Positions 1 to 11,077 of a stretch of DNA of 64,000 nucleotides are shown piece after piece; within the stretch, counting starts at the first letter, position 1; every line of letters begins with the position of its first letter. This DNA is from Escherichia coli (GTDB taxonomy: Bacteria > Pseudomonadota > Gammaproteobacteria > Enterobacterales > Enterobacteriaceae), in NCBI RefSeq assembly GCF_001677475.2, contig NZ_CP015229.1. The stretch is one strand, 5' to 3'. Below the pieces are notes generated by a model. The model searched no databases. It saw nothing but the letters and a program-made list of their open reading frames with translations, and was not told the DNA's origin. The position numbers were made by a program, and so were the translations under genes.

Positions 1-234
1 CTGGCCTGGGCCTCCAGCGCCGGGATCATCAGCCTGCTGTTTATTTTTGTCGCCTACCAGCCTGGCGTGGAAAACCAGACCGCCAGTTCGCTTGGCGGGA
101 TCGCGGCGATGGAAACATTACTGCCTGCGCTATTCCACCTGCTGCTGGCAGGGGCGATCCGCTTTTGCAAACTCAATAATCCTATGATGTCACGCATAGC
201 TACCGACCTGCGTCAGCGTCATGTACAGCCTTAA
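1..234 (+). CDS. 3' fragment (C-terminal 77 aa) of a membrane transporter, possibly a sugar:cation symporter; 5' end lies outside the window
   Basis: Open frame from position 1 to TAA at 232-234; translation is hydrophobic (…IISLLFIFVAYQP…LLPALFHLLLAGAIRF…) like a terminal TM helix pair; sits immediately upstream of a glycoside hydrolase gene. Family assignment is a guess. Confidence 0.45.
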   Translation: MAWASSAGIISLLFIFVAYQPGVENQTASSLGGIAAMETLLPALFHLLLAGAIRFCKLNNPMMSRIATDLRQRHVQP

Positions 235-244
235 GGAGCACAAG

Positions 245-2215
245 ATGAACATTTCGGAAGTCGATCTGCATAAACTGACGGTCAGCGATCCGTTCCTCGG
301 TCAGTACCAACAACTGGTCCGCGACGTGGTGATTCCTTATCAGTGGGATGCCTTGAACGATCGTATCCCAGAAGCGGAACCCAGCCATGCGATTGAAAAC
401 TTTCGCATTGCCGCCGGACTTCAGGAGGGTGAATTTTACGGGATGGTGTTTCAGGACAGCGACGTCGCCAAATGGCTGGAAGCGGTAGCCTGGTCGCTGT
501 GCCAGAAGCCGGACGCCGAACTGGAAAAAACCGCCGACGAGGTAATCGAACTGATCGCCTCCGCCCAATGCGAAGACGGCTATCTCAATACTTACTTTAC
601 GGTAAAAGTACCCGAAGAACGCTGGAGCAATCTGGCGGAGTGTCATGAACTTTACTGCGCCGGTCATCTGATTGAAGCCGGAGTCGCCTTCTTCCAGGCC
701 ACGGGCAAGCGGCGCTTGCTGGAAGTGGTTTGCCGTCTGGCCGATCATATCGACAGCGTATTTGGTCCAGATGAAAGTAAGTTACACGGTTACCCTGGTC
801 ACCCGGAAATTGAACTGGCACTGATGCGTCTGTATGAAGTGACCGAAGAGCCGCGCTACCTGGCACTGACGAACTATTTTGTCGAACAGCGTGGTGCGCA
901 ACCGCACTATTACGACCAGGAATATGAAAAGCGCGGGCAGACCTCGCACTGGCACACCTACGGCCCGGCGTGGATGGTGAAAGATAAAGCCTACAGCCAG
1001 GCGCATTTGCCCATCGCACAGCAACAAACCGCCATCGGACATGCAGTACGCTTTGTCTATCTGATGACCGGCGTCGCGCATCTCGCGCGTTTAAGTCACG
1101 ATGACAGCAAGCGTCAGGACTGCCTGCGGCTGTGGAACAATATGGCCCAGCGTCAGTTATATATTACCGGCGGCATTGGCTCGCAAAGCAGCGGCGAAGC
1201 GTTCACTAGCGATTACGATCTGCCGAATGACACGGTATACGCTGAAAGTTGCGCCTCCATCGGCCTGATGATGTTTGCCCGACGAATGCTGGAAATGGAA
1301 GGCGACAGTCAATATGCCGATGTGATGGAGCGCGCACTGTACAACACCGTGCTCGGCGGCATGGCGCTGGATGGCAAACATTTCTTCTATGTGAATCCGC
1401 TGGAAGTACATCCAAAATCGCTGAAATTCAACCATATCTACGATCACGTTAAACCGATCCGCCAGCGTTGGTTTGGCTGCGCTTGTTGTCCGCCAAATAT
1501 CGCCCGCGTGCTGACCTCGATTGGTCATTATCTCTACACGCCGCGTGAAGATGCGTTGTATATCAACATATACGCAGGAAACAGCATGGAAGTGCCGGTA
1601 GAAAATGGCACGCTGCGCCTGCGGGTTAGCGGGAACTATCCGTGGCAGGAGCAGGTGACGATTGCGGTTGAATCGCCCCAGCCGGTACGTCATACGCTGG
1701 CTTTACGTCTGCCGGACTGGTGCACACAGCCGCAGATCATATTGAATGGGGAAGAGGTCGAGCAGGATATTCGTAAAGGGTATTTGCACATTACCCGCGA
1801 ATGGCAGGAGGGCGATACGCTGAATCTGACTTTGCCGATGCCGGTACGCCGCGTTTACGGTAACCCGCTGGTGCGTCACGTCGCCGGAAAAGTGGCGATT
1901 CAGCGCGGCCCGCTGGTGTATTGCCTGGAACAGGCCGACAACGGCGAGTCACTGCATAATCTGTGGCTGCCCACCGATGCGCCATTTACGACATTTGAAG
2001 GCAAGGGATTGTTTAGCCATAAGATCTTAATCCAGGCACCGGGTTACCGGTATGAACAGAGCAATCCAGAGCAGCAACCGCTGTGGCATTACGACAGCGC
2101 GCCAGCCAAACGCCAGACGCAAACTCTGACCTTTATCCCGTGGTTTAGCTGGGCCAACCGGGGTGAAGGCGAAATGCGGATCTGGGTGAATGAGGAAAAG
2201 CATTGCCATCCGTAG
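245..2215 (+). CDS. Glycoside hydrolase family 127 (DUF1680) protein, beta-L-arabinofuranosidase-like
   Basis: ORF in track 221..2215; I place the start at ATG 245 (MNISEVDL…), 8 nt after AGGAG at 233-237. Contains the Cys-rich motif WFGCACCPPNIAR typical of HypBA1-type GH127 enzymes. Not part of K-12 gene order at this position as I recall it. Confidence 0.8.
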   Translation: MNISEVDLHKLTVSDPFLGQYQQLVRDVVIPYQWDALNDRIPEAEPSHAIENFRIAAGLQEGEFYGMVFQDSDVAKWLEAVAWSLCQKPDAELEKTADEVIELIASAQCEDGYLNTYFTVKVPEERWSNLAECHELYCAGHLIEAGVAFFQATGKRRLLEVVCRLADHIDSVFGPDESKLHGYPGHPEIELALMRLYEVTEEPRYLALTNYFVEQRGAQPHYYDQEYEKRGQTSHWHTYGPAWMVKDKAYSQAHLPIAQQQTAIGHAVRFVYLMTGVAHLARLSHDDSKRQDCLRLWNNMAQRQLYITGGIGSQSSGEAFTSDYDLPNDTVYAESCASIGLMMFARRMLEMEGDSQYADVMERALYNTVLGGMALDGKHFFYVNPLEVHPKSLKFNHIYDHVKPIRQRWFGCACCPPNIARVLTSIGHYLYTPREDALYINIYAGNSMEVPVENGTLRLRVSGNYPWQEQVTIAVESPQPVRHTLALRLPDWCTQPQIILNGEEVEQDIRKGYLHITREWQEGDTLNLTLPMPVRRVYGNPLVRHVAGKVAIQRGPLVYCLEQADNGESLHNLWLPTDAPFTTFEGKGLFSHKILIQAPGYRYEQSNPEQQPLWHYDSAPAKRQTQTLTFIPWFSWANRGEGEMRIWVNEEKHCHP

Positions 2216-2330
2216 GTTGGATAAGGCACTCGCGCCGCATCCAACGTAAGGAGCACATTGCCTGATGCGACGCTTAACACGTCTTATCAGGCATACAAGT
2301 CGGTGCGAGAGCGTAGGCCAGCCGCACCGA
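2216..2330. repeat. REP/BIME-like palindromic units between convergent GH127 gene and yiaT
   Basis: Palindromes gttggat…atccaac (2216-2245), gcctgatgcgacgc…gtcttatcaggc (2260-2292), cggtgcg…cgcaccg (2302-2330); the middle unit matches the canonical REP form. Confidence 0.6.
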
Positions 2331-2344
2331 CATCCACCGGTGAA

Positions 2345-3085
2345 TTAAAAACGCCAGCTCACGCCGGTGACAAAGGTAAAACTCTCATTACGATCAATCA
2401 TCGGGCTGTCGGTAATCTCTTCCGGCAGCTCGCTGTATCCTGCGCTCGCCATCAATACGACGTGCTCTCCTATCGGGTATTTTGCCGTCAGGCTGACATA
2501 GGGCACCCAGGAATCCTGCGCGGAATAACTTGCCAGACCGCTACGACGGGACTCACTCTCTGAAATGCCATAGTAATAGTCACTGAAATTCTCGTCATAA
2601 TAGAGAACGCCCAGCGCAGGTGTCAGCGACAGACGACCTATCTGCATTTTGTGGAATACCGATAGCTCCCCCACCCAGCCGTTGCTGTTATCCAGAACGT
2701 CCGCAGCTGCAGAGGCTTTCACGGTTCCCCAACGCTCGTGGTGATACCAGGCAACCCCCGCCATAGCCGTACTATCACGCTTATCAAGCTGTTGCATGGC
2801 ATAATCGTCATTATCGGCAGGGTCAAATTCCAGCGGCATCCAGGATGCGGTCAGGCTAAGTTCATTTTTTTCACTTTGCGACAGAATAAAACCTAACGTG
2901 GTCTGACGAACATAAAAAGAATCACCTTCATAACTAATCAGGGGAATTGCCTTTGTATTTTCATTATAACCGCGATAAGGCGATTCATTATAAGCCGCAC
3001 CGGCACCAATGGATAATTCAGAAGCAGTTGCGCTTGCCATAAAAGGCAACGCAAATAACGCCACAATATTGCGGTTAATTAACAT
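2345..3085 (-). CDS. yiaT: MipA/OmpV-family outer-membrane protein YiaT
   Basis: 246-aa ORF; sequence recognised as YiaT (MLINRNIVALFALPFMASA… signal peptide, ends …GVSWRF aromatic C-terminus typical of OM beta-barrels). Confidence 0.85.
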   Translation of the reverse strand: MLINRNIVALFALPFMASATASELSIGAGAAYNESPYRGYNENTKAIPLISYEGDSFYVRQTTLGFILSQSEKNELSLTASWMPLEFDPADNDDYAMQQLDKRDSTAMAGVAWYHHERWGTVKASAAADVLDNSNGWVGELSVFHKMQIGRLSLTPALGVLYYDENFSDYYYGISESESRRSGLASYSAQDSWVPYVSLTAKYPIGEHVVLMASAGYSELPEEITDSPMIDRNESFTFVTGVSWRF

Positions 3086-3208
3086 GTCCGGTATTCCATT
3101 TTAAAATAAGATAAAAAAGAGTCGGCATAGTAATGCTTACAATTTCTCCGGTGCAAGATTCATATTTATATAGTAATATATAAAATTATATATAATTGGG
3201 CTGTTGCG

Positions 3209-4183
3209 ATGACAAAATTACAACTTAAGTACCGGGAGTTAAAAATTATCTCGGTAATCGCTGCCAGTGAAAATATCAGCCATGCCGCGACTGTACTTGG
3301 CATCGCACAGGCCAACGTCAGCAAATATCTTGCTGATTTTGAATCAAAAGTAGGTTTAAAAGTCTTTGACCGAACCACCCGGCAACTGATGCTCACACCT
3401 TTTGGTACCGCGCTGTTGCCATACATCAATGACATGCTGGACAGAAACGAGCAGCTTAATAATTTTATTGCAGATTATAAGCATGAGAAACGTGGTCGGG
3501 TCACTATCTATGCACCAACCGGCATAATTACCTATTTATCCAAACATGTAATCGATAAAATTAAAGATATCGGTGATATCACCTTATCGCTAAAAACCTG
3601 CAATCTTGAGCGTAATGCCTTTTATGAAGGCGTCGAATTTCCCGATGATTGTGATGTTTTAATCAGCTACGCTCCACCAAAAGATGAATCGCTGGTTGCC
3701 AGTTTTATTACGCAATATGTCGTAACCGCTTATGCCAGCCAGCGCTATCTTGAGAAACATCACATTAGCCGTCCTGACGAACTCGAACATCACTCCTGTA
3801 TTTTGATCGACTCAATGATGATCGACGACGCGAATATCTGGCGCTTCAACGTCTCCGGGAGTAAAGAGGTGCGGGATTATCGTGTGAAGGGAAATTACGT
3901 TTGCGACAACACGCAATCGGCGCTGGAGCTGGCACGAAATCACCTGGGGATTGTGTTTGCGCCAGACAAAAGTGTGCAGAGCGATCTGCAAGACGGCACG
4001 CTGGTGCCCTGCTTTCAGCACCCGTATGAATGGTGGCTGGATCTGGTGGCTATCTTCCGTAAACGGGAATACCAGCCCTGGCGGGTCCAGTATGTGCTGG
4101 ATGAAATGCTGCGTGAAATTCGCCACCAGCTTGCTCAGTCGCAGCAACTGCGGCCTGAACAAGCGGCGGAAAGCGAAGATTAA
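3209..4183 (+). CDS. yiaU: LysR-family transcriptional regulator YiaU
   Basis: 324-aa ORF with N-terminal HTH (…[38 protein letters not shown]…); divergent from yiaT, ATG at 3209. Confidence 0.85.
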   Translation: MTKLQLKYRELKIISVIAASENISHAATVLGIAQANVSKYLADFESKVGLKVFDRTTRQLMLTPFGTALLPYINDMLDRNEQLNNFIADYKHEKRGRVTIYAPTGIITYLSKHVIDKIKDIGDITLSLKTCNLERNAFYEGVEFPDDCDVLISYAPPKDESLVASFITQYVVTAYASQRYLEKHHISRPDELEHHSCILIDSMMIDDANIWRFNVSGSKEVRDYRVKGNYVCDNTQSALELARNHLGIVFAPDKSVQSDLQDGTLVPCFQHPYEWWLDLVAIFRKREYQPWRVQYVLDEMLREIRHQLAQSQQLRPEQAAESED

Positions 4184-5316
4184 TGATCGAGATAAAGGTA
4201 ATGCACCCAGCTGGTCATGCGTAATAACACTTTGCGCATCACCGAGACATGGCTGAAATGATCGGAGTAGACCGCCACCTGGGCGTAAATACCGTCTGGT
4301 AAAGCGCTCAAATCAGTATGCTCATCCAGTTCAATGGTCGCGATAACGCCATCTGAACCCGGCGCTGTGTTTAACGTCTGTAAGGTACCGGTCGACTGAT
4401 AAGCTCCACCGGGAACAGCTGGACTAATGGCTGCCAGCTTACCGCTGAATACCTTACCTGGCAGAGCATTAAACACCACTTCCGCATCGTCACCAGGAGC
4501 CAGTCGCAGCAAGGAGTTCTGACGGAACTGCGCCACGATTTGTCGTTTCTGATCGGGTATAAACACCATCACCGGACGTAGCGGCAGCGACGCGGCATAG
4601 GTACCCGGACGAATCAGGACCTGGGCCACGTAACCATCGCTCGGCGCACGCACTATCGTCTGCTCAAGGTTATATTTTGCTTCCGCGAGCTGCGCTTTCA
4701 GGCTGGCGATTAGAGAATGTTCACCCAACACCAGGCTATCCAGCTGGCTCTGGACCTGTTTTTGTTCCGCCGCCGATGACTTTACGGAGGCTTCCTGCGC
4801 CAGATAATTTTGCCGCGCCACATCAATATCGCGTTCTGAAAACGGGTTTACTTTCGCCTGGCTGCCGCGTGCGTAACGCTGATACTCTTTAGCGAATTTA
4901 TCCCGCGTGGCCTTTGCCTGCTGAGTATTCGCCGCCATCTCATCTAACTCTGCGCCCAACGCCCGCTGTTTATGTTCTGCGGTAACGATATCCGCCATCA
5001 GCCGATCCACCCGCGCCTGATAACGCGTCGGGTCCAGTCGAAAAAGCACCTCGCCTTTTTTAATCAGCGTATTTTTCTTATCCGTCACTTCAATCACCAC
5101 GCCTGTCACCTGTGGGACAACAGGGATGGAAATAACCGCTTTTTGCGCTTTAAAGGTATACGGATGGTTATAGTTCATTAACAGAATTAAACCGCTGACA
5201 ATAAATATTCCCCCCAGGGCCGCTGTGGGAATGGTCCATTTATTTACAGGAATTTTGAAGATCTTAAACATTGCCCATGCGAAAGCCACATAGGTCAAGA
5301 TAATCAGTAAATCCAT
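4180..5316 (-). CDS. yiaV: HlyD-family periplasmic adaptor (membrane-fusion) protein YiaV
   Basis: 378-aa ORF; N-terminal TM helix, coiled-coil middle, barrel-sandwich/biotinyl-like C-terminal region; ATG at 5316 lies 5 nt after the yiaW stop. Confidence 0.85.
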   Translation of the reverse strand: MDLLIILTYVAFAWAMFKIFKIPVNKWTIPTAALGGIFIVSGLILLMNYNHPYTFKAQKAVISIPVVPQVTGVVIEVTDKKNTLIKKGEVLFRLDPTRYQARVDRLMADIVTAEHKQRALGAELDEMAANTQQAKATRDKFAKEYQRYARGSQAKVNPFSERDIDVARQNYLAQEASVKSSAAEQKQVQSQLDSLVLGEHSLIASLKAQLAEAKYNLEQTIVRAPSDGYVAQVLIRPGTYAASLPLRPVMVFIPDQKRQIVAQFRQNSLLRLAPGDDAEVVFNALPGKVFSGKLAAISPAVPGGAYQSTGTLQTLNTAPGSDGVIATIELDEHTDLSALPDGIYAQVAVYSDHFSHVSVMRKVLLRMTSWVHYLYLDH

Positions 5317-5321
5317 AAGTA

Positions 5322-5645
5322 TTACTCGGCAGAAGAGGATTTGATGTCGGCGAGCTGTTTCTCCAGCCCGGCAATACGCTGTTGTAGTTGCACAACGGAG
5401 GAGTCATGGTTTTGCATTCCCCATCCCCGCTCCGGGCGGTAAAGCGTGGCCCAAATCCACAAAAATGGCCAGATAACATGCAGCGTAAAAAGACTCACCC
5501 AACCAGCGACATGAATGGCGTCGGCATGAGGATGATTACGTTTTTTAGCAATCAGGTAGGGAATATCATGTAAAATAATAATCCCATAGAATATCACCAG
5601 AAATACAAAAATAAGCACTCCCAGTGCAAAATAATCCAGGAACAT
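5322..5645 (-). CDS. yiaW: Small inner-membrane protein YiaW (DUF3302-like)
   Basis: Track ORF 5322..5675; I choose ATG at 5645 ([13 protein letters not shown]…, 107 aa) with GAGGG upstream; two predicted TM helices plus a C-terminal coiled-coil tail. Confidence 0.8.
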   Translation of the reverse strand: MFLDYFALGVLIFVFLVIFYGIIILHDIPYLIAKKRNHPHADAIHVAGWVSLFTLHVIWPFLWIWATLYRPERGWGMQNHDSSVVQLQQRIAGLEKQLADIKSSSAE

Positions 5646-6066
5646 ATTTCCCTCAGAGAATATAAAAAAGAACAATTAACGCATATTATGAAATGCCATG
5701 ATGCAGTGCAATTTCCTTATTTATATAACGACATATTGTTTTTTATATACTTTCTGAAGTGTGCTGCCTGGCTTTTCAGCAGGTCGAGGCTTATCATATT
5801 GAAATAATGGAACTATTGACAAAACTAATGAATAACTCCAGTAAAACATCCACAGTACAGATAAAGCGTATTAAACCTTCAATTATCTACCGTTTATTGC
5901 TGATTGGCCTCGGAACACCAATGGTGATTTACGGCCTGGTTCGCCCGCTCACCATCGAAACGCGAGATTAAACTCCTGGCAAAACACGCCCCAGAAACGC
6001 ACTTCTGTTGGCGTAGTCTGGGTTATTGCGCACGTAGGTTTAAAACGTAAATTGTAACAAAGTGCG

Positions 6067-6148
6067 CTTTGTTTATGCCGGATGCGGCGTGTACGCCTTA
6101 TCCGGCCTACGGTCAGGTCCCCGTAGGCATGATAAGACGCGTAAGCGT
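6067..6148. repeat. REP pair (BIME) downstream of aldB
   Basis: gccggatgcggcgtgtacgccttatccggcctac and gtaggcatgataagacgcgtaagcgtcgcatcaggc: canonical inverted REP units. Confidence 0.65.
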
Positions 6149-6189
6149 CGCATCAGGCAATGAATACCCAATGCGACCAGCTTCTTATA

Positions 6190-7728
6190 TCAGAACAGCC
6201 CCAACGGTTTATCCGAGTAGCTCACCAGCAGACACTTGGTTTGCTGATAATGCTCCAGCATCATCTTATGGGTTTCGCGTCCGATGCCCGACTGTTTGTA
6301 GCCGCCAAACGCCGCATGTGCCGGGTAAGCGTGATAACAGTTGGTCCACACGCGCCCGGCCTGAATGCCGCGCCCCATCTTATAGGCCAGATTACCGTTG
6401 CGGCTCCAGACGCCCGCGCCCAGGCCATATTGCGTGTCATTCGCCAGCTCCAGCGCCTCTTCCATCGTTTTGAAGGTGGTCACCGCCAGCACCGGGCCAA
6501 ATATCTCTTCCTGGAACACACGCATATTGTTCTGACCAAACAGAATCGTCGGTTCGAGGTAGTAGCCGTCTTTCAGTTCGCCTTCCAGCAGCTTGCGCCG
6601 CCCGCCGGTAAGCACATCTGCGCCCTCTTTTTTGCCGATATCAATGTAATTGAGGATGGTTTCCAGTTGCCCGTGAGATACCTGCGCGCCCATTTGCGTC
6701 ACGCTGTCGAGCGGGTTACCGCTACGAATGCTTTCAACACGACGGATGGCGCGTTCCATAAAGCGTTCGTAGATAGACTCCTGCACTAAAGCACGGCTTG
6801 GACAGGTGCAAACTTCGCCCTGGTTGAAGGCGAACAATGCAAAGCCCTCCAGCGCCTTATCGAAGAAAGCATCTTCTTCATCCATCACATCGGCAAAGAA
6901 GATATTTGGCGACTTACCGCCCAACTCCAGCGTCACCGGAATAATATTTTGCGTGGCGTACTGCATAATCTGCTGACCGACTTCCGTTGAGCCGGTAAAC
7001 GCCACTTTGGCGATACGTTTTGAGGTCGCCAGATATTCACCTATTTCGCCGCCCGCACCGTTGACCACGTTCACCACGCCTGGCGGCAGTAAATCACCGA
7101 CGATCTCCATCAAAAGCAACACTGAAAGCGGGGTAAGTCGTGCGGGTTTTAGCACCACGCAGTTGCCCGCCGCCAGCGCGGGAGCCATTTTCCAGCTCGC
7201 CATCAGCAACGGGAAGTTCCACGGGATAATCTGCCCCACCACGCCTAACGGTTCGTGGAAGTGATAAGCCACAGTTTCGCTATCGACTTCACTGATCCCA
7301 CCTTCCTGCGCCCGAATACACGAGGCGAAATAGCGGAAATGGTCAATCGCCAGCGGCACATCGGCAGCACTGGTTTCGCGGATGGGCTTGCCGTTATCCC
7401 AGGTTTCTGCCGTCGCTAACAGTTCGAGGTTCTGCTCCATCCGATCGGCAATCTTAAACAGAATCGCCGCGCGATCCTGCACCGAGGTATGCGCCCATTT
7501 GTCTTTCACTTTATGCGCGGCATCCAGCGCCAGATCGATGTCGCGTTTGCCCGAAGACGCCACTTCGCACAGTAGCTGCCCGGTCACCGGCGTCAGGTTC
7601 TGGTAATACTCGCCGTCGGCGGGTGCTACCCATTCGCCGCCGATAAAGTTGTCATAGCGAGCTTTTAACTTGAGGGGGAAACCATACTCGCCGGGCTTAA
7701 TCTGTGCTGAAGGGGGATTGTTGGTCAT
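6190..7728 (-). CDS. aldB: Aldehyde dehydrogenase B
   Basis: Track ORF is 558 aa; conserved protein begins at [17 protein letters not shown]… (ATG 7728, AAGGAGACGATC upstream), giving 512 aa; classic ALDH motifs present. Confidence 0.95.
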   Translation of the reverse strand: MTNNPPSAQIKPGEYGFPLKLKARYDNFIGGEWVAPADGEYYQNLTPVTGQLLCEVASSGKRDIDLALDAAHKVKDKWAHTSVQDRAAILFKIADRMEQNLELLATAETWDNGKPIRETSAADVPLAIDHFRYFASCIRAQEGGISEVDSETVAYHFHEPLGVVGQIIPWNFPLLMASWKMAPALAAGNCVVLKPARLTPLSVLLLMEIVGDLLPPGVVNVVNGAGGEIGEYLATSKRIAKVAFTGSTEVGQQIMQYATQNIIPVTLELGGKSPNIFFADVMDEEDAFFDKALEGFALFAFNQGEVCTCPSRALVQESIYERFMERAIRRVESIRSGNPLDSVTQMGAQVSHGQLETILNYIDIGKKEGADVLTGGRRKLLEGELKDGYYLEPTILFGQNNMRVFQEEIFGPVLAVTTFKTMEEALELANDTQYGLGAGVWSRNGNLAYKMGRGIQAGRVWTNCYHAYPAHAAFGGYKQSGIGRETHKMMLEHYQQTKCLLVSYSDKPLGLF

Positions 7729-7892
7729 GATCGTCTCCTTGCGGTGTGAGGTATAACAAGGGTAGACGTGACTGGCGAAATCTTCGCCAGCCGGTGACAG
7801 CTTTACGACGGCAATCACGAATTTACGGGCAAGGATTACAGAGATAATTGAAAAATCGGCTGACAATTTGCCAGCCGTTGTGGGAATGATGA

Positions 7893-9044
7893 TTACATCG
7901 CAGCGCGATAAATCGCCACAATTTCTTCGTGAGTTGCCTGAATCGGGTTAGTAAATCCGCAGGCATCTTTCAGAGCATTGGTCGCCAGTACCGCGAAATC
8001 TTCTTCTTTCACGTTCAGATCGCGCAGACCTGCCGGAATATCGACTTTCTTCGCCAGTTCACGGATAGCGTTAATGCAGGCTTCTGCACCTTCCGCGTCG
8101 TTTTTACCTGTCACGTTCACGCCCATTGCAGCAGCGCAGTCACGCAGACGTGCGGCAGCTACTTTGCTGTTGAATACCTGAACGTGCGGCAGCAGAACGG
8201 CGTTACATACACCGTGCGGCAGGTTGTAGAAACCGCCTAACTGGTGCGCCATCGCATGAACATAACCCAAAGACGCATTGTTGAACGCCATACCGGCGAG
8301 GAACTGGGCATAAGCCATCGCTTCACGCGCTTTCGCATTGCTGCCATCTTCTACGGCTAACGGCAGGTTTTCGGCAATCATGGTCACGGCTTTCAGTGCG
8401 CAAGCGTCAGTGATCGGCGTTGCGGCAATAGACACATACGCTTCGATAGCGTGTGTTAAGGCATCCATACCCGTTGCAGCGGTCAGTGACTTCGGCATAC
8501 CGATCATCAGAGAGGAGTCATTGACAGAAAGCAGCGGAGTCACGTGTTTATCCACAATCGCCATTTTGATGTGGCGCGCTTCGTCAGTGATAATGCAGAA
8601 ACGGGTCATTTCAGACGCAGTACCCGCCGTGGTGTTGATGGCGATCATCGGCAACTGCGGTTTTGCAGAGCGGTCAACGCCTTCGTAATCGCGAATATCA
8701 CCGCCGTTGGCTGCCACCAGCGCAATGCCTTTCGCACAATCGTGCGGAGAACCACCACCTAAGGAAATCACGCTATCGCAATTATTTTCTTTCAGCAGTT
8801 TGAGGCCTGCGGCGACGTTTTCCGTAGTTGGGTTAGGCTGGGTGCCATCATAAATAACGCTAAAAATATTGCGTTCTTCCAGTGCTTTTTGCACATCGCC
8901 CGCCATACCTAATTTCGTTAAAATATTGTCAGTAACAATTAATGTACGGGTAAAGCCATAGTCTGCCATCATATTCATTGCATCATTCAATGAATCAGCG
9001 CCGATGACATTCACTGAAGGAATAAAAAAGGTTGAAGCTGCCAT
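7893..9044 (-). CDS. yiaY: Iron-containing (group III) alcohol dehydrogenase YiaY
   Basis: 383-aa ORF with Fe-ADH signatures ([11 protein letters not shown]…, …HAMAHQLGG…). Confidence 0.9.
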   Translation of the reverse strand: MAASTFFIPSVNVIGADSLNDAMNMMADYGFTRTLIVTDNILTKLGMAGDVQKALEERNIFSVIYDGTQPNPTTENVAAGLKLLKENNCDSVISLGGGSPHDCAKGIALVAANGGDIRDYEGVDRSAKPQLPMIAINTTAGTASEMTRFCIITDEARHIKMAIVDKHVTPLLSVNDSSLMIGMPKSLTAATGMDALTHAIEAYVSIAATPITDACALKAVTMIAENLPLAVEDGSNAKAREAMAYAQFLAGMAFNNASLGYVHAMAHQLGGFYNLPHGVCNAVLLPHVQVFNSKVAAARLRDCAAAMGVNVTGKNDAEGAEACINAIRELAKKVDIPAGLRDLNVKEEDFAVLATNALKDACGFTNPIQATHEEIVAIYRAAM

Positions 9045-9142
9045 AAAACACTCCTGGAAGAGTAAAAAGGGCTGGCAGATTACAAAGTATTTTCATTCGG
9101 AAATATGATCAACATTACCGTTTATCAAAATATTTTTAATAA

Positions 9143-9175
9143 AAAGCACGTTACATTCATCAAATAACGTGCTTC
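9143..9175 (-). terminator. Candidate stem-loop downstream of selB (possible selAB terminator)
   Basis: Inverted repeat aaagcacgtta / taacgtgctt with an 11-nt loop in an AT-rich spacer; no clean U-tract, so weak. Confidence 0.3.
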
Positions 9176-9232
9176 TTTAATATTAATAAGAATTTTGTAT
9201 TAATTCATATTTATTATGAATTAATCATTTCC

Positions 9233-11077
9233 TTATTTTTCGGGAAATAATAATGCATCGCGCAATAAATGATCATTTCCACGACGCCGCGTAAAGCCAA
9301 TGCGGTCAAAATATTCCAGAATCTGAATTGCCAGCTTTCGGCCTACACCTAAGCGATCGCGGAAATCCGCCGCGCAGGTTGAGCCACATTCCTGATCGAG
9401 ATCGCGGATCATATTGGCAAATTCAACAATCCGATCATTACGGTAATAACGATCTTTGACGATCGCCGTAATTATCCCCTGCTGTGCCGCCTGGCGTAGC
9501 GTCAAGCGCATTGCCTGCTCGTCGGTTCCCGTCTCTTTTGCCAGGTCACGCACCCACCACGGCTCGTCACCAAACAGCGGCTCTGCTTTTTGCCAGATGG
9601 CCTGCTGCTCTTCGCTGAAGCCCGCTTTGTGATCCGGCAGATGCAGCCAGCCGTGATGACTGAGGATGTCGCCGCTTTCGCGCATCTTTTCAATCAGCAA
9701 CAGTACCAGCGCTTCATCTTCCATTGGCAACGCCATACGTCGCAGACGTTCGCGCCCAGGACCAGGTTCATCGCGATGTTGCTCATGATAAGTCGCTAAT
9801 GTGTCGAGAATTTTCCGCTGCCAGCGGGCGGCAACCGGCGCATTCAACAAGCTATAACCAGCCTGAATATAGCCAGGCTGTTGCAATAGTTCGCGCATCC
9901 CTTCGCCGTTGAGCTGCCGTGCCCAGGCGAAATCGGCAAGGTTAACCGCGCCGCGTTCCAGATGAACAGATAACGCATCGGCATCGCTCTGCGCCCGTGC
10001 CAGTGACGCCAGCCATTGCAGATATTCCGGCTTACGTTTACCGCGACGCGGCGGGTTAAGCATCACCACACGCGCCCCCGCCAGCGTGTTGCGGGCCGAG
10101 ATATCGCGCAGCACTAAGCGATCGTTATCCGCCAGCCACAGCGGCGTGTCGAACACCAGCTCGGCAAGGTTATCTTCCAGCAGCGAAACGCGCCCCGTAA
10201 CATGGCTGGCGGCGTGGTGAATATGCAGCGGCTGCCACTGGGTCAGCGGTGTATGAGTTTGAAGCTCGACAATCACCCGTGTGAACGGCTCTGGCGGCAC
10301 ATCGGCAAGCAGCCAGTCGCCACGGTTAATCTGCTCTTTTTCCGCATCACCCGCGATGTTAAGTGCGATACGCTGCCCGGCATGGGCGGTTTCTGTTGGC
10401 TGGTTTTGCGCATGCAGCGCACGTACACGCATCGATTTATTTACACCAGTCAGCCATAGTGAATCGCCTACCTTCACTTCCCCGCTTAACGCCGTACCGG
10501 TGACGACCAGCCCGGCACCTTTTACAGTAAATGCGCGGTCGATCGCGAGGCGGAAACTATGTTGGCTGGCGTGTTCACGTTCTGGTAACTGAAGCAGATG
10601 CTCGCGCAGGGCATCAATTCCCCGACCTTCGGTTGCTGCGGTGATAAACAGTTTTGCCTCAGCAAAACCGTATTCCCGCAGCACCTCCTTTACCTGGCGT
10701 TCAACCTCATCAACACGCGCTTCGTCCACGCGATCGGCTTTGGTCAGCGCCACTGTCAGCATCGGGTTACCAGTCAGCTGCAAAATCGCCAGATGCTCAC
10801 GGGTCTGTGCCATCACGCCGTCATCGCACGCCACCACCAACAGCGCGTGATCGATACCACCAACGCCCGCCAGCATGTTGGAAAGAAACTTTTCATGACC
10901 GGGAACGTCGATAAAACCAGGCACGCGGCCATCCGGCTGCGGCCAGTAGGCATAACCGAGATCGATGGTCATGCCGCGCTTTTTTTCTTCCGGCAGACGG
11001 TCGGCATTTACGCCAGTAATCGCCTGCAATAAGGTTGTTTTGCCGTGGTCAACGTGTCCGGCAGTCGCAATAATCAT
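9233..11077 (-). CDS. selB: Selenocysteine-specific elongation factor SelB
   Basis: 614-aa ORF; N-terminal GTPase motifs ([24 protein letters not shown]); start overlaps selA stop. Confidence 0.95.
   Translation of the reverse strand: MIIATAGHVDHGKTTLLQAITGVNADRLPEEKKRGMTIDLGYAYWPQPDGRVPGFIDVPGHEKFLSNMLAGVGGIDHALLVVACDDGVMAQTREHLAILQLTGNPMLTVALTKADRVDEARVDEVERQVKEVLREYGFAEAKLFITAATEGRGIDALREHLLQLPEREHASQHSFRLAIDRAFTVKGAGLVVTGTALSGEVKVGDSLWLTGVNKSMRVRALHAQNQPTETAHAGQRIALNIAGDAEKEQINRGDWLLADVPPEPFTRVIVELQTHTPLTQWQPLHIHHAASHVTGRVSLLEDNLAELVFDTPLWLADNDRLVLRDISARNTLAGARVVMLNPPRRGKRKPEYLQWLASLARAQSDADALSVHLERGAVNLADFAWARQLNGEGMRELLQQPGYIQAGYSLLNAPVAARWQRKILDTLATYHEQHRDEPGPGRERLRRMALPMEDEALVLLLIEKMRESGDILSHHGWLHLPDHKAGFSEEQQAIWQKAEPLFGDEPWWVRDLAKETGTDEQAMRLTLRQAAQQGIITAIVKDRYYRNDRIVEFANMIRDLDQECGSTCAADFRDRLGVGRKLAIQILEYFDRIGFTRRRGNDHLLRDALLFPEK

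Noticed and set aside
200-2209. Multiple minus- and plus-strand ORFs in the track overlapping the GH127 gene (e.g. 200..748, 597..1019, 782..1081, 1157..1693)
   Set aside because: Shadow ORFs within a well-supported 657-codon gene; GC-rich coding sequence generates long antisense frames. The same applies to the many antisense or nested ORFs inside aldB, selA, selB, mtlA, the adhesin gene, lldP, gpmM, envC, kbl, tdh and others.
2258-2340. 26-codon mini-ORF (ATG 2265) and 101-aa track ORF 2258..2563 running through the REP cluster
   Set aside because: Lies in palindromic REP DNA and continues into antisense yiaT; coding potential is unsupported, though the upstream SD-like 11-mer is noted in the findings.
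3086-3208. AT-rich palindromic run (tatatagtaatatataaaattatatataat) between yiaT and yiaU, considered as a LysR T-N11-A box
   Set aside because: The sequence is low-complexity TA-rich DNA in which many dyads can be drawn; I cannot single out a specific operator, so it was not listed as a feature.
5759-5971. 70-aa plus-strand ORF in the yiaW-aldB intergenic region
   Set aside because: Begins at a GTG with no recognisable ribosome-binding site, and nothing in the sequence supports it as a gene; treated as non-coding promoter/REP-adjacent DNA.
6190-7866. N-terminally extended versions of conserved genes in the six-frame track (aldB 558 aa, mtlD 443 aa, lldP 560 aa, gpmM 587 aa, envC 427 aa, coaD 215 aa, coaBC 430 aa, slmA 212 aa, pyrE 218 aa, yiaW 117 aa)
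   Set aside because: The extensions run through intergenic REP or promoter DNA or into the upstream gene; internal ATG codons with Shine-Dalgarno sequences coincide with the conserved protein N-termini, so the shorter starts were used.
9045-9232. Inverted repeat taattcata/tatgaatta at 9201-9222 just downstream of the selB stop
   Set aside because: Short AT-only stem in an AT-rich spacer, not followed by a U-tract on the relevant strand; indistinguishable from chance.
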